DNA of 24,278 nucleotides from Campylobacterota bacterium (GCA_034717975.1 JAYEMF010000098.1:13160-37437), one strand, 5' to 3'. Shown: positions 8,313 to 18,945, counted from the stretch's first letter. Notes: generated by a model from the letters alone, not told the origin. A program made the numbers and translations.

Positions 8313-10645
8313 CGCAGTGTCAGCCCGAGTTCTGATTGCAGTGCCTTTAAAATACCATCCGTTGAAGAGGTAATGTCTTCCTCTTCCAATGTTTTTTCTG
8401 GTGACTGGAGGACAAAACGCAGTGAAAGGCTCACTTCATCGCCAAGTTTTTCATCACTGTAACGATCAACCGGATAGAAACGGATCACTTCGTCACTTTT
8501 ATGGGCTTCGATTACCTTTTCTATGTCGCTATAAGCCATTGCACTTGGCATCAGAAGACTCAGGTCTCTGAATGAAGCCTGAAATTTTGAAAATGGATCT
8601 GCCTGCTGCAGACCATACGGCAGTGCATCAAAATCCAACTCACACAGATAGGTTGCGTTAAGGTCAAATGATTCTTGAACATTCGGATGAAGTTTATATA
8701 ACTCACCGACAGATTGACCATCGATCATGATATCGGCACACTGGAACGGATGTGCCAGATTATGGGAAGGTTTAGATGGCTGAAGATCAAAATCACCGAT
8801 AATATCGGCAACTTTCTGGACAAAGTGGTCCAGAGTGATGGGAGCCGGCTTACCGCCGTTACTCAGCTTATCACGCTCAATGTCTCCGCTAAAGAGCATT
8901 GTCATACAGACCGACTCTTCACGTTCAGCACTGAAAACAGACCCTACTTCAAACAGAGTTACCTGATTTTGCCCCACTTTTACATTTTGGCTCGCTGCAC
9001 GGAGCAACGAGATCGTCAGGGTCGGGCGCAGGGTATCCATCGTATTGACAATAGGATTGAGCAGTGCCTTTTCCGCTTTTACACACTCAAAGCCGTAAGC
9101 GTTGAGAGTCTCCTGCTCTTCAAAGACGAAGTGGACACTCTCGTAAAAGCCGCTCTGTGCAGCACGATGACGATAGACACGGCGTTTTTTATAGGCAAAA
9201 TAGTCATCTTCCAGGCGATTTTCTTCAGAGAAAGCAAAAGGCTTGGAAGGGATATTGTCAATCCCGACCATACGAACGATCTCTTCAATAATATCCTGAG
9301 TGTTGACAATATCATGTCGAAAACGAGGCACCTCGATCACGAAATTTTTATTCGTCGATTTTTTGATGTCAAAACCAAGATTTTTAAGGAGTTGCGTTAC
9401 AACTTTTTTCTCAATCGTTGCACCGATAAAAGCATGAATATCCTCCATTGAAACCGAAACAACACGCTCTTCATACTGCTCTATCAGATCGACTGTTCCC
9501 CCGAATATTTTCGAATCGGAAAAACTATCAATAATTCCCAGCGCACAGTTCATACCAAGCTGAAGATCCGGTTCGCTGCCGCGTGATGTTCGATAGAAGA
9601 AAGGGCCGTTCTCAATTTTTGATTCATGCATTTTACGGGAGATGATATCCGGCGGAATATAACTGGCTTCCAGCAAGACAATCCCTTCATCATAGCTAAC
9701 ACGTGATACATCATATTGAATAATACCGACAGTCGAAGCCTTCTCATTACCATAAATAGCTGCATACCCTTTTTCATCTTCGTTCAAAGTCACCACAGCT
9801 TTTTGCGCTTTTTCATCAGCAAAGAAGCCATAATGATAAGCACGCATAATAACCCCGCTGTTATAGGTTGCGTAAAAGAGCAGAGACTCGATGTCATTTG
9901 GTTTCTCTTCTTCGATCTGTGCCAGACGAAGTGCAAACAGCATCGGCAGCTTCAGGTTCTTTAGCTCAATCGCCCGATAATTGAGATCGACATTCAGCGT
10001 CTCTGTATGCGAAAGCTGAAGAATACGACCTATACCAATACGGCTGTCCTCTTCACTATCTTCATATGGCAGGTTCTTCAGCGGACGATTGAATGCTGCG
10101 GAGAGATCACGTGCAATCCCACGGATACTCAGACAGTCACCGCGATTGGCAGTCAGTTCAATCTCGATCAGATCATCATTGAAATAGCTGTTTTGTGCAA
10201 GCTCACTGCCCAGTTCAAGCTTGCCGATGCTCTCATCAAGCTCCATAATACCATCTTCAAGTTTCGGCAGGCCAAGTTCGGTGGAAGAGCAGATCATTCC
10301 CGCACTGTCCACACCACGCAGTTTGACCGGCTTGATCTTCAGGCCGCCAGGCATTTGGGCACCAACAACAGCAACAGCAACACTCAGACCGGCACGGACA
10401 TTCTTTGCACCACAGACGATCTGGCGTACACTGCTGCCAATATCAACCTGACAGACGCTCAGCTTATCGGCATCAGGATGAGACTCGCATTCGAGGACTT
10501 TTCCGACAACGATCTTCTCAGGGACACGGCAACTCTCGGTTCGGTCAACTTCAAGACCGATAGCGTTAAATGTTTTGGCCAGTTCTTCCGTGCTGATCCC
10601 GCTCAGATCAATCCACTCATTCAGCCAGCTTCTAGTAACGATCAT
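8309..10645 (-). CDS. pheT: Phenylalanine--tRNA ligase beta subunit
   Basis: [40 protein letters not shown]...DIIEEIVR; C-terminal FDX-ACB (RDLS); directly follows pheS. Confidence 0.98.
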   Translation of the reverse strand: MIVTRSWLNEWIDLSGISTEELAKTFNAIGLEVDRTESCRVPEKIVVGKVLECESHPDADKLSVCQVDIGSSVRQIVCGAKNVRAGLSVAVAVVGAQMPGGLKIKPVKLRGVDSAGMICSSTELGLPKLEDGIMELDESIGKLELGSELAQNSYFNDDLIEIELTANRGDCLSIRGIARDLSAAFNRPLKNLPYEDSEEDSRIGIGRILQLSHTETLNVDLNYRAIELKNLKLPMLFALRLAQIEEEKPNDIESLLFYATYNSGVIMRAYHYGFFADEKAQKAVVTLNEDEKGYAAIYGNEKASTVGIIQYDVSRVSYDEGIVLLEASYIPPDIISRKMHESKIENGPFFYRTSRGSEPDLQLGMNCALGIIDSFSDSKIFGGTVDLIEQYEERVVSVSMEDIHAFIGATIEKKVVTQLLKNLGFDIKKSTNKNFVIEVPRFRHDIVNTQDIIEEIVRMVGIDNIPSKPFAFSEENRLEDDYFAYKKRRVYRHRAAQSGFYESVHFVFEEQETLNAYGFECVKAEKALLNPIVNTMDTLRPTLTISLLRAASQNVKVGQNQVTLFEVGSVFSAEREESVCMTMLFSGDIERDKLSNGGKPAPITLDHFVQKVADIIGDFDLQPSKPSHNLAHPFQCADIMIDGQSVGELYKLHPNVQESFDLNATYLCELDFDALPYGLQQADPFSKFQASFRDLSLLMPSAMAYSDIEKVIEAHKSDEVIRFYPVDRYSDEKLGDEVSLSLRFVLQSPEKTLEEEDITSSTDGILKALQSELGLTLR

Positions 10646-11634
10646 CTAAACTGCTCCAACAATCTAACATCCCCTTCAAACAGTGACCGAAGGTCTCCAA
10701 TACGGTGGATCAGCATTGCAAAACGCTCCACACCAAGGCCAAACGCATAGCCGCTCACCTCTTCGTAACCAACCGCTTTAAAGACGTTTGGATCGACAAT
10801 GCCGCAGCCCAGTACTTCCAGCCAGCCTGTTTTCGAACAGACACGACACCCTTCACCTTCACAGAAGATACAGCTGATATCCACTTCGGCAGACGGCTCT
10901 GTAAACGGGAAGAAACTTGGACGGAAACGTACATCGACGTCACCGAACATATATTTCAAAAAATCTTCAAGGATATACTTGAGGTTGGCAAAAGAGACTT
11001 CCCCCTCTGCGTCAACCAGCAGTCCCTCGACCTGATGAAACATCGGCGTATGGGTAAGGTCATAATCACGCCGAAAAACGGCACCCGGCGCAATCATACG
11101 GATAGGCGGTTTATGGCTCAGCATCGTACGGATCTGCACCGGAGAGGTATGCGTACGCAGCAGCATCTCATCTTTGAAATAGAAAGTGTCCTGCATATCA
11201 CGGGCCGGATGGTATTTTGGAAGGTTCAACGCTTCAAAATTATGAAAGTCATCTTCGACCATCGGACCGGTTTTGACAGAAAAATTCATCGCACTGAAAT
11301 ACTCGACTATGCGGTCCATCGTCTCCATCACCGGATGCAGTGCACCGCGGGATGAGCGTGTCGAGTAAAGCGTTACATCAACCGCTTCCTCTTTCATCGC
11401 ACGTTCAAGCTCTTGCGTCTGTAAAATCGTCTTGCGCTCAGTCAGCTGGGCCGTCAATTTCCCTTTATGGATATTGAGCTCTTTGGCAATCCCTGCCTTC
11501 TCTTCATTCGGAGCACTCTTCATCTTGGCAAACTCAGCTGCCAGTACCCCTTTTTTTCCAAACAGTGCGATGCGTATCTCTTCGAGTTTTTCAACCGAAT
11601 CAGCACCGTCTATTGCGTCATACCACTCTTTCAA
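10642..11634 (-). CDS. pheS: Phenylalanine--tRNA ligase alpha subunit
   Basis: TTG start with [57 protein letters not shown]. Confidence 0.98.
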   Translation of the reverse strand: MKEWYDAIDGADSVEKLEEIRIALFGKKGVLAAEFAKMKSAPNEEKAGIAKELNIHKGKLTAQLTERKTILQTQELERAMKEEAVDVTLYSTRSSRGALHPVMETMDRIVEYFSAMNFSVKTGPMVEDDFHNFEALNLPKYHPARDMQDTFYFKDEMLLRTHTSPVQIRTMLSHKPPIRMIAPGAVFRRDYDLTHTPMFHQVEGLLVDAEGEVSFANLKYILEDFLKYMFGDVDVRFRPSFFPFTEPSAEVDISCIFCEGEGCRVCSKTGWLEVLGCGIVDPNVFKAVGYEEVSGYAFGLGVERFAMLIHRIGDLRSLFEGDVRLLEQFR

Positions 11635-11701
11635 ATAGAGTCTCCATATTCGACCTGCATTGCCTAAAACATAGACACAAGCCGTTCTTTAAATAACGCG
11701 T

Positions 11702-11707
11702 ATTTTA
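11702..11707 (-). promoter_or_regulatory. Putative -10 box of the pheS cluster promoter
   Basis: TAAAAT on the minus strand in the divergent pheS/HIT gap. Confidence 0.4.
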
Positions 11708-11779
11708 GTTAAAAATCGATTATAGAGAGCTTGAAGCAAAAAATCAGCCTCTGTCAAAGTGAGAATACAGCCCTGAGTG

Positions 11780-11788
11780 TGCTACAAT
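11780..11788 (+). promoter_or_regulatory. Putative extended -10 promoter of the HIT gene
   Basis: TGcTACAAT, followed by an AAGGA RBS (11805-11809) and GTG start at 11817. Confidence 0.5.
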
Positions 11789-11816
11789 AACTCTACTAAA
11801 AACCAAGGAATTAAAC

Positions 11817-12173
11817 GTGTGTATTTTCTGTAAAATTATTAACAATGAGATCCCTTCAAATCCCGTAATGGAAAATGATGACTTTTTTGCTTTTCACGAC
11901 ATCAATCCCAAAGCACCGGTACATATCCTCATCATCCCCAAACAGCATGTGGACAGTTTTAATGAAGTCTCAGCTGAGATGATGGGCAAAATGACACCAT
12001 TTATACAGGAAGTTGCCGAGCATGTCGGTGTCACAAAATCCGGCTACCGTGTCATTACCAATATAGGTGAAAATGGCGGTCAGGAGGTCCAGCACCTTCA
12101 CTGGCATCTTCTTGGCGGTGCCAAACTCAAATGGGGACACTTTTCAGACGCCGATCCAAAAGATTTTTTATAA
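11817..12173 (+). CDS. Histidine triad (HIT/HinT-like) nucleotide-binding protein
   Basis: CIFCKII, FHDINPKAPVHILIIPK, GQEVQHLHWHLLGG (HxHxH triad); divergent from pheS. Confidence 0.96.
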   Translation: MCIFCKIINNEIPSNPVMENDDFFAFHDINPKAPVHILIIPKQHVDSFNEVSAEMMGKMTPFIQEVAEHVGVTKSGYRVITNIGENGGQEVQHLHWHLLGGAKLKWGHFSDADPKDFL

Positions 12174-12252
12174 GCTCACCCACATATAAATCTTCATCAG
12201 CAGACTTTTTCAGTCTGCACCTCACAGTAATCCAACCAATAAAAGGGTCAGT

Positions 12253-13467
12253 ATGTTTTTAAAGTCTTTTTTTTCACTCTCACTGTTGTTCACATCCTAC
12301 CTTAATGCATCAGGATTTGAAGAGTTCAAGCACTCCCAGCAGACAGGGTTCAACGCTGAAAAAGAGCAATTCCAGACCTATAAAAAAGAGAACAAAGCTG
12401 CTTTCGAAGCCTATTTAAAAGCAATGGAGAAGGTTACAAACAGGTATCAGAAAGAGCTTCGTACCCACTGGGAAGAGCCTAAGCTCTCATCACAAAAAAC
12501 CTGGGTAAGCTACACTCCCGATCAGAAGACACGTTCCAGCGTTGATTTTGAAAAAAATGAGATCATTATTGAGACTGTTGCCAACAATCCGGATATTGCT
12601 CACTATAATCTTCATAATGCTTTACGAAAAACAGTCAATATCAACACAAAACATGCCTTTGAAAATGATCCGCTGCAAAGACGTCTTGTAAAGATCAAAA
12701 AGCCTAAAAACGTTATGAGTCAGCCACTTGAGAGTGAACCGATTCTCTCAAATGTCATCTTTAAACAGGCTCCTACCCGGCAGGAGCTCGATACCTATGT
12801 CAAACATACCTTAAAAGCCACAAATATCACCGCTAAGCCTTCCCGGCAGGTAAAACATGCCCAGGTCTATTCCGCTCGTATTCCGCTGCCAAAGAACACT
12901 ATCCATAAACGTTCCATGCTCTACCAGAAAACAGTAGCCGAGTTCAGTCACCGTTTTGAACTGCCGGCTCCATTGATCTTTGCCGTTATTCATACAGAGA
13001 GCTCGTACAATCCTTTTGCAAAATCACACATACCCGCTTACGGACTGATGCAGATCGTTCCGCATTCAGCGGGTGCTGACACCTATATCTTTCTACATAA
13101 GAAAAAACGCCTGCCTTCGCCGCAGTATCTCTACGACAGCCGAAAAAACATTGAGATGGGGTCAGCCTATCTGCATATCCTCTACTACCGCTATCTCAAA
13201 GATATAAGCGATGAGAACAGCCGACTTTACTGTGCAATAGCCGGATACAACACCGGTGCAGGTAATGTCGCTTATGCTTTCAGCGGAACTTACAATGTCA
13301 AAAATGCCATTGCCAAGATCAACAGTATGTCACCTAACGATGTCTATCAATATCTACAGAAACATCTCCGTTACAACGAACCGAAAGTCTATATGCAACG
13401 TGTCGTTTCTCGTATGGTTGTTTATCATAAAGCCTATGGGGAGAAAGGGAATAGAAGACAATTTTGA
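12253..13467 (+). CDS. MltC-like lytic murein transglycosylase (MltC N-terminal/DUF3393-like region plus SLT domain)
   Basis: N-terminal signal peptide; WVSY...TRSSVDFEKNEIIIET segment; SLT motifs IHTESSYNP (catalytic Glu), GLMQI, NIEMGSAYL, YNTGAGNV. Confidence 0.9.
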   Translation: MFLKSFFSLSLLFTSYLNASGFEEFKHSQQTGFNAEKEQFQTYKKENKAAFEAYLKAMEKVTNRYQKELRTHWEEPKLSSQKTWVSYTPDQKTRSSVDFEKNEIIIETVANNPDIAHYNLHNALRKTVNINTKHAFENDPLQRRLVKIKKPKNVMSQPLESEPILSNVIFKQAPTRQELDTYVKHTLKATNITAKPSRQVKHAQVYSARIPLPKNTIHKRSMLYQKTVAEFSHRFELPAPLIFAVIHTESSYNPFAKSHIPAYGLMQIVPHSAGADTYIFLHKKKRLPSPQYLYDSRKNIEMGSAYLHILYYRYLKDISDENSRLYCAIAGYNTGAGNVAYAFSGTYNVKNAIAKINSMSPNDVYQYLQKHLRYNEPKVYMQRVVSRMVVYHKAYGEKGNRRQF

Positions 13468-13536
13468 ATGTTAAATTTTAAATTATGAATTATCTATTCA
13501 CTTCCATTCAAAATTAACTATTCAAAATTTAAAATT
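13460..13536. repeat. Inverted array of 7-bp repeats (4 heptamers per arm), probable bidirectional terminator or small repeat element
   Basis: Left arm AATT TTGAATG TTAAATT TTAAATT ATGAATT (13460-13491); right arm (13505-13536) reverse-complemented reads AATT TTAAATT TTGAATA GTTAATT TTGAATG; 13-nt spacer; sits between convergent genes. Confidence 0.75.
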
Positions 13537-13540
13537 AATC

Positions 13541-14005
13541 TTATGACGGGCAGCTTTCGATCTCACCCAGATCAATACCGCTTCCGCCACCACTGATCAT
13601 CTCTTCGTTTTCACGAATCATCTTACCGTTGTGTTTAATACTGTAGCTGATCCTGACACTGTCGCGAACCGTGTTGATCGTCGAACAGTAAGTTTCCAGA
13701 CTTCCCATCACCCAGCGTGCGGCAAGGGTATCGTCGGCATCAGAATCGAACGAATAGTCCAGGTGCAGGGTATTGAATTTACGCGGATGCTCGTCATTAC
13801 GCGCGGCATCACCATCAACACTTAAATTTGTAACCGTTTTACCCTGGTTTTTAGGCATCATGATCAAGTCTGACGCACTACAGGTGATCATCCCGCTTAA
13901 AAAATACTCGACCGGAGAGATCACCGGACAGTCTATAATAAAACTGCTTTTCTCTGTTTTCGCCTCGAATTTCATCGCATCCTGATGGGTTATGGTCACC
14001 TTCAT
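13541..14005 (-). CDS. OsmC/YhfA-family protein
   Basis: [17 protein letters not shown] and ETYCS cysteine motifs, [11 protein letters not shown]; start overlaps the argH stop region. Confidence 0.88.
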   Translation of the reverse strand: MKVTITHQDAMKFEAKTEKSSFIIDCPVISPVEYFLSGMITCSASDLIMMPKNQGKTVTNLSVDGDAARNDEHPRKFNTLHLDYSFDSDADDTLAARWVMGSLETYCSTINTVRDSVRISYSIKHNGKMIRENEEMISGGGSGIDLGEIESCPS

Positions 14006-15390
14006 AAGTTTAAATCCTTTAAATAGTTTTCAAAAAATGCAAGCTGTTCCACTGTACGTACTGTTGCGGTACCCCCTTGTGACTGACGGGCATTCATGGA
14101 GTGACGGAGGCCCAGAAGCTCAAGTACATCATCTTTAATGCGCTCATCAATTGCTTTCAACTCTTCATAGCTGATCTCACTGATATCAATGCCAAGCTCT
14201 TCTGAACGTGCAACGGCCTTACCGGTAATAAAGTGTGCCGTTCTAAAGGGGATAGCACACTGTTCAACCAGGTAATCTGCCAGATCTGTTGCACTCAGGT
14301 GTCCTTTTCTGCAGGCACGGTCCATATTTTCAGGTTTCACACTCATCGTCTTCAGAGCTTCACGAAGAATCTCCAGTGAGATCTCAGCCGTTTCAACACT
14401 GTCAAAAACACCCTCTTTATCTTCCTGGGTATCTTTGTTATAAGCCAGTGGCAACCCTTTCATAACGGTTAGCAGTGAGATCAGGTTACCGTTTACACGG
14501 CCTGTTTTACCACGAAGAAGCTCAGGGACATCAGGGTTTTTCTTTTGCGGCATAATCGATGAGCCTGTACTGTACTCATCAGAAAGCTCGACAAATCCGA
14601 ACTCATAACTCGACCACATGATGATCTCTTCACTCAGACGTGAGATATGCATCATCATCGTAGAAATATTAAAAAGGATCTCAAGGGCAAAATCACGATC
14701 GCTGACTGTATCGAGACAGTTCACACTCACACTGTCAAAGCCAAGTGACGCAGCTGTCTGTCCACGATCTATATTGTGCGGTGTACCGGCTAATGCAGCA
14801 CAACCAAGCGGAGAGATATTGTTACGGCGGCGGCTATCTTCAAAACGTTCGATATCCCGCTTAAACATGGAAGCATACGCCAACAGGTGAAATCCGAAAT
14901 TGATTGGCTGTGCATGCTGCAGGTGTGTCATACCAGGAATCAGAGTCTCTGTATGCCCTTTTGCAATATCGACGATCACTTCCATCAACGCTTTAAGAAG
15001 TTTGGAGATTTCATGGTTTTTACGCAGAACATAACGTCTGAAATCAACCGCCACCTGATCATTACGGCTGCGCGCGGTATGAAGCTTCCCGCCGGCTTCA
15101 CCGATAATCGCAGTAAGACGCTTCTCGATCGCCATATGGAGATCTTCATCACTGATCTTCCATTCGAACTCGCCTGATTCGATCTCCGATAGCACCTGTG
15201 CCATTCCATCCTCGATAGCCTTCAGCTCTTCAGCAGTTAAGATCTCCTGCTCTTTGAGCATAGCAGCATGGGCTAACGACCCCTCAATATCTTCACGATA
15301 GAGACGTCGGTCAAACATAATCGATGCATTGAAGTCATCCAGCAAAGATGAAGCACTCTGTTTAAAACGACCTGACCACATTTTTTCCAT
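14002..15390 (-). CDS. argH: Argininosuccinate lyase
   Basis: [54 protein letters not shown]. Confidence 0.98.
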   Translation of the reverse strand: MEKMWSGRFKQSASSLLDDFNASIMFDRRLYREDIEGSLAHAAMLKEQEILTAEELKAIEDGMAQVLSEIESGEFEWKISDEDLHMAIEKRLTAIIGEAGGKLHTARSRNDQVAVDFRRYVLRKNHEISKLLKALMEVIVDIAKGHTETLIPGMTHLQHAQPINFGFHLLAYASMFKRDIERFEDSRRRNNISPLGCAALAGTPHNIDRGQTAASLGFDSVSVNCLDTVSDRDFALEILFNISTMMMHISRLSEEIIMWSSYEFGFVELSDEYSTGSSIMPQKKNPDVPELLRGKTGRVNGNLISLLTVMKGLPLAYNKDTQEDKEGVFDSVETAEISLEILREALKTMSVKPENMDRACRKGHLSATDLADYLVEQCAIPFRTAHFITGKAVARSEELGIDISEISYEELKAIDERIKDDVLELLGLRHSMNARQSQGGTATVRTVEQLAFFENYLKDLNL

Positions 15391-15559
15391 TTATTGCTCC
15401 GGTTAAAGACATCTCTCCTATCCATATAGATTTTAAGAGGTGCCCGTAAAAATTGTGTAATTTTATCGAAATAAGAGTAGAGAAAGATTAGATATAAAAG
15501 GAGTTGATAGTTTTATATGAAGGAAACGAGATGATAAGCTGCATTAACAGCCTATCTGG

Positions 15560-15895
15560 TTAGTCACAAGCAGGCACGTTACCGCTATCTTTGGCATACT
15601 CCATCATGAAGTCTTTAAGGTGTTTAGTCTTCTTAGCATACTTCTTGCTTTTAAAGTATTTCCATGATTTTTCTGCATCTTTAGAGTCTAAATGCAGTTT
15701 AGCCAACCCTGCACCTTTTTTATCGAACAACTCTTTCCACTCTCTTTTTTTATAGCCAGCGGCAATTTTTTGTCCATTTTTATGACACTCACGGCACTTT
15801 TTGATGTACTCACGCTGTCCTTTATAGACAGCTGCATTAAGAGAGGTGTAGGTGAATGCTGTAAATAGGATTACAGTTAAGAAGATCTTACTCAT
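15560..15895 (-). CDS. Small monoheme c-type cytochrome
   Basis: Signal peptide, single CxxCH (CRECH), Lys-rich, C-terminal EYAKDSGNVPAC typical of this epsilonproteobacterial family. Confidence 0.88.
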   Translation of the reverse strand: MSKIFLTVILFTAFTYTSLNAAVYKGQREYIKKCRECHKNGQKIAAGYKKREWKELFDKKGAGLAKLHLDSKDAEKSWKYFKSKKYAKKTKHLKDFMMEYAKDSGNVPACD

Positions 15896-16034
15896 TATCG
15901 TTATACCGACCTTGTCAAATAAATTACATTGATGTTACATTAGCAAATATTATAGAAGGCTTAACACCCATTCTTCTCTATCTTTTTTTGGACAAAAGAG
16001 CCGATATAGAACATACAGGGTACTTGTAAAAATT

Positions 16035-17849
16035 CTACAACTGGTATTTTGCTTCCAAATCCGTATCTAAATTCCAGATCTTTTTCACTTTCAATGCTTC
16101 AACAACAGATGGCGTACAGGTCACATCATCCGGCCAACGACGCTCAAAGCCATCAATCTCAGATTTATTTGTACCATCAATACCAACGACCTTTCCATCA
16201 ATAAAAAGGTCACGCTGTGCATCCATATTATTAACAACACGCCAGGTCAGCATATAGGCATTATCAAGGTCATTATTTCGTTCATCAACAAAGACAACAA
16301 TACGAAGAGCATCTGAAACTGTTTTCAAAGCCTCAAATGCCTCTTTGATCGGACGGGATTTTTGGACGGTGATGACAGTAACAGGGTTGGCTGTATGACG
16401 CATAAACTGATTGACATCCACTACTTCAGGGATCAATGCTTTAAGATGTACAAGCAGTTCATCATTACCCAAGAGTTTTGGTGCTTCGACTCTGTTGGCG
16501 GCTGTGGCATCAACCCCCAATTTACCGCCCACAAGCTCTTCCGGGCTGGAGTGATCCAAAGCGTCCGTGATCCCTTCGGAGATAAAGAGGGATTTTGGAT
16601 CAAAGCGGTTGAGGATATAGGTCGCCAATGATTCATAATTTGTCAGCTCCGGTGCATTCTCATCGACAAAGATCGCATGCTTGACAAAACTCATCTGCCC
16701 CGCACCCCAGAAGACATGCATAAACTGCTTGGCATGCCCTTTATAGAGCGGCTGCATCTTTGCAAAGATCAGGTTATGGAAGACACCGTTTTCAGGCATA
16801 TGGTAATCGATCAGGTCCGGTGCATTCGTTTTCAGAAGCGGCAGGAAAATACGTTCGGTCGGCCAACCCATATACTTATCTTCCAGTGGCGGTTTTCCAA
16901 CAACAGTCGCCAGGTAGACCGGATCTTTTTTATGGGTAATTGCACTGACCTCCATTACAGGGTAAGGGTCTTCAAGTGTATAATAGCCAGTATGATCGCC
17001 AAAAGGCCCTTCGATCTTCATCTCTGAAGGGTCCAGCCACCCTTCGATGACATAATCCACATCTTCGGGAACATAGAGCGGCGTTGTGACCGATTTGACA
17101 AGACGGGCATTCTCTTTTTTGACAAAGCCGTAAAGCAGCAGTTCATTGACACCGTATGGCAGCGGTGCCGTAGCACACCAGGTATAGAGCGGATCACCGC
17201 CGATACCGATGGAAACCGGCATCTTTTTACCTGCTTTTTGATACTGGTCAAAAAAGTGAGAAGCATCTTTGTGGATCTGCCAATGCATACCAAGATGATT
17301 TTTATCATATACCTGCAGCCGGTACATCCCGAGATTAGCCATTGTCCCATCCAGACTCTGAGTATAGACCTGCCCCATTGTAATAAACGGACCGCCATCC
17401 TGTTCCCAGGTCGTCAAAATCGGAAGATCATACAGGTTGACATCATCACCCTGCTTTTTAACCTGCTGACAACGCCCTTCCCCTTTAAGACGTTTGGGAA
17501 AGACACTCTTTAGAGAGAAGAGATCACCCAGCATACTAAACTTCTCACCCAAAGAAGACGGCGGTTTCATATGCAGCAGGTTCGTGATCTCATCGGCTAC
17601 ACCTTCGACACTTCGTCCAAAGAGCAGTTCGGTACGTTTATAGGAGCCATACACATTCATAAATACCGGTGTATCAAACTTCTTCTCATTTTTTCTATCG
17701 ACCGGATGAGTAAAAAGCAGTGCTTTGCCACCATCTTCTTTCTTCACTTCAGCATAGGCAAGATGCGGAATTTCAAGATAGATATCGAGGGGTTCATCAA
17801 TAATGGTAAGTTCATTATGTTTCTTAAGCAGATCAATTGTACGTTTCAT
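16035..17849 (-). CDS. ubiD: UbiD-family menaquinone biosynthesis decarboxylase (futalosine pathway, MqnL-like)
   Basis: DGGPFITMG, NLGMYRLQ, MHWQIHKD, EGPFGDHTGYY, GKPPLED, DALDHS motifs; AGGAG RBS; follows hemC as in Campylobacter. Confidence 0.93.
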   Translation of the reverse strand: MKRTIDLLKKHNELTIIDEPLDIYLEIPHLAYAEVKKEDGGKALLFTHPVDRKNEKKFDTPVFMNVYGSYKRTELLFGRSVEGVADEITNLLHMKPPSSLGEKFSMLGDLFSLKSVFPKRLKGEGRCQQVKKQGDDVNLYDLPILTTWEQDGGPFITMGQVYTQSLDGTMANLGMYRLQVYDKNHLGMHWQIHKDASHFFDQYQKAGKKMPVSIGIGGDPLYTWCATAPLPYGVNELLLYGFVKKENARLVKSVTTPLYVPEDVDYVIEGWLDPSEMKIEGPFGDHTGYYTLEDPYPVMEVSAITHKKDPVYLATVVGKPPLEDKYMGWPTERIFLPLLKTNAPDLIDYHMPENGVFHNLIFAKMQPLYKGHAKQFMHVFWGAGQMSFVKHAIFVDENAPELTNYESLATYILNRFDPKSLFISEGITDALDHSSPEELVGGKLGVDATAANRVEAPKLLGNDELLVHLKALIPEVVDVNQFMRHTANPVTVITVQKSRPIKEAFEALKTVSDALRIVVFVDERNNDLDNAYMLTWRVVNNMDAQRDLFIDGKVVGIDGTNKSEIDGFERRWPDDVTCTPSVVEALKVKKIWNLDTDLEAKYQL

Positions 17850-17889
17850 GAGAGGCTACTCCTGTGAGGGGATGGGGTATAACCTTATT

Positions 17890-17972
17890 CGTCATCCTCG
17901 GGCTCGACCCGGGGATCCACAACCTGTAAGGTCAACATAAACTGTGGATTCCCGATCAAGCCGGGAATGACG
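17890..17972. repeat. CGTC-type REP (repetitive extragenic palindrome) inverted doublet, REPIN/MITE-like
   Basis: CGTCATCCTCGGGCTCGACCCGGGGATCCACA (17890-17921), a 21-nt spacer, then TGTGGATTCCCGATCAAGCCGGGAATGACG (17943-17972; reverse complement CGTCATTCCCGGCTTGATCGGGAATCCACA). Each arm is itself palindromic. Confidence 0.85.
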
Positions 17973-18000
17973 GTTGATTGAGATAAAAGTCAAATAATGA

Positions 18001-18945
18001 CTATTGACTATTACCCATCTCTTCTGCCCGGGCAAGCAGCTCTTTGGCACCACGATCGATCATCGCCTGAGCCATTTCACGACCGATCGTCTCATATTGA
18101 TCTCTTCCGACAATGCGTTTTTCCGTCATGATCTCATCACCGTTTGGCATACCGAGGATCGCTTTGACAAGCACATCATCATTCTCCATCACAAAGGCAT
18201 TGACGCCGATCGGAACCTGGCAGCCGCCTTCGAGCAGATCTACAAAATCACGCTCGATGGTTGTTTCGATACGGCTGTATTCGTCATCAAGGCCCTGTAC
18301 GATCTTGATCACTTCCGGATCATCGATACACTGAATACCCAATGCTGCCTGCCCCATCGCCGGAAGCATCTGGTCCGGTAAAATAGGATAGACGTACTCG
18401 ACTTCATCCTGAAGGCTCAAACGATTGATCCCGGCAGCTGCAAGGATGATGGCGTCGTATTGCCCCTCTTTGAGTTTACGGATTCTGGTATTTACATTAC
18501 CGCGCAGCCATTTGATCTGAAGGTCTGGGCGCAGACGACTGAGCTGCATCTGACGACGAAGTGATGATGTTCCGACTACGGCACCTTGCGGCAGATCATC
18601 TAGATCCCGATACTTCTCACTCATCATTGCATCACGTACATCTTCGCGCTCTGTAATGGCGGCCAGGACAAGACCTTCTGGCATCTTAGTAGGTACATCT
18701 TTGAGACTATGTACTGCCATCTGTGCGTCACCGCGATACATCGACTCTTCAAGCTCTTTAAGAAAGAGACCTTTGCCGCCGATCTTGGCCAACGGGGCAT
18801 CAAGGATCTTGTCACCTTGCGATTTCATCGGCAACAACTCGACTCTCAAGCCTGGATTTTGCTCTTCAAGCACAGCCTTGATATGTTCCGACTGCCACAT
18901 AGCCAGTTTACTCTCACGTGTTGCAATAACCAGTTTTTCCATCAT
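18001..18945 (-). CDS. hemC: Hydroxymethylbilane synthase (porphobilinogen deaminase)
   Basis: ATRESKLAMWQ, GGKGLF, AVHSLKDVP, GTSSLRR, RGNVNTR, LEGGCQVP cofactor cysteine. The second ATG (18942) is an alternative start. Confidence 0.98.
   Translation of the reverse strand: MMEKLVIATRESKLAMWQSEHIKAVLEEQNPGLRVELLPMKSQGDKILDAPLAKIGGKGLFLKELEESMYRGDAQMAVHSLKDVPTKMPEGLVLAAITEREDVRDAMMSEKYRDLDDLPQGAVVGTSSLRRQMQLSRLRPDLQIKWLRGNVNTRIRKLKEGQYDAIILAAAGINRLSLQDEVEYVYPILPDQMLPAMGQAALGIQCIDDPEVIKIVQGLDDEYSRIETTIERDFVDLLEGGCQVPIGVNAFVMENDDVLVKAILGMPNGDEIMTEKRIVGRDQYETIGREMAQAMIDRGAKELLARAEEMGNSQ

Noticed and set aside
6511..11355. Long plus-strand ORFs (218, 245, 247 and 216 aa) opposite ispH, pheT and pheS
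   Set aside because: They lie antisense to well-conserved genes and have no recognisable motifs.
2360..11634. pheS-pheT-aroA-ispH-rpsA-hyp-serA as a novel mixed-function operon
   Set aside because: This gene order is already known from Campylobacter and relatives.
11635..11700. Possible pheS leader peptide or T-box attenuator
   Set aside because: The leader is short, with no Phe-rich mini-ORF, T-box motif or terminator visible.
12200..12218. Hairpin GCAGACT-N5-AGTCTGC after the HIT gene
   Set aside because: A 7-bp stem with no U-tract on either side; too weak to call a terminator.
15405..15445. Imperfect stem-loop in the argH leader as an arginine-responsive element
   Set aside because: Pairing is weak and there is no Arg-rich leader ORF or known RNA motif.
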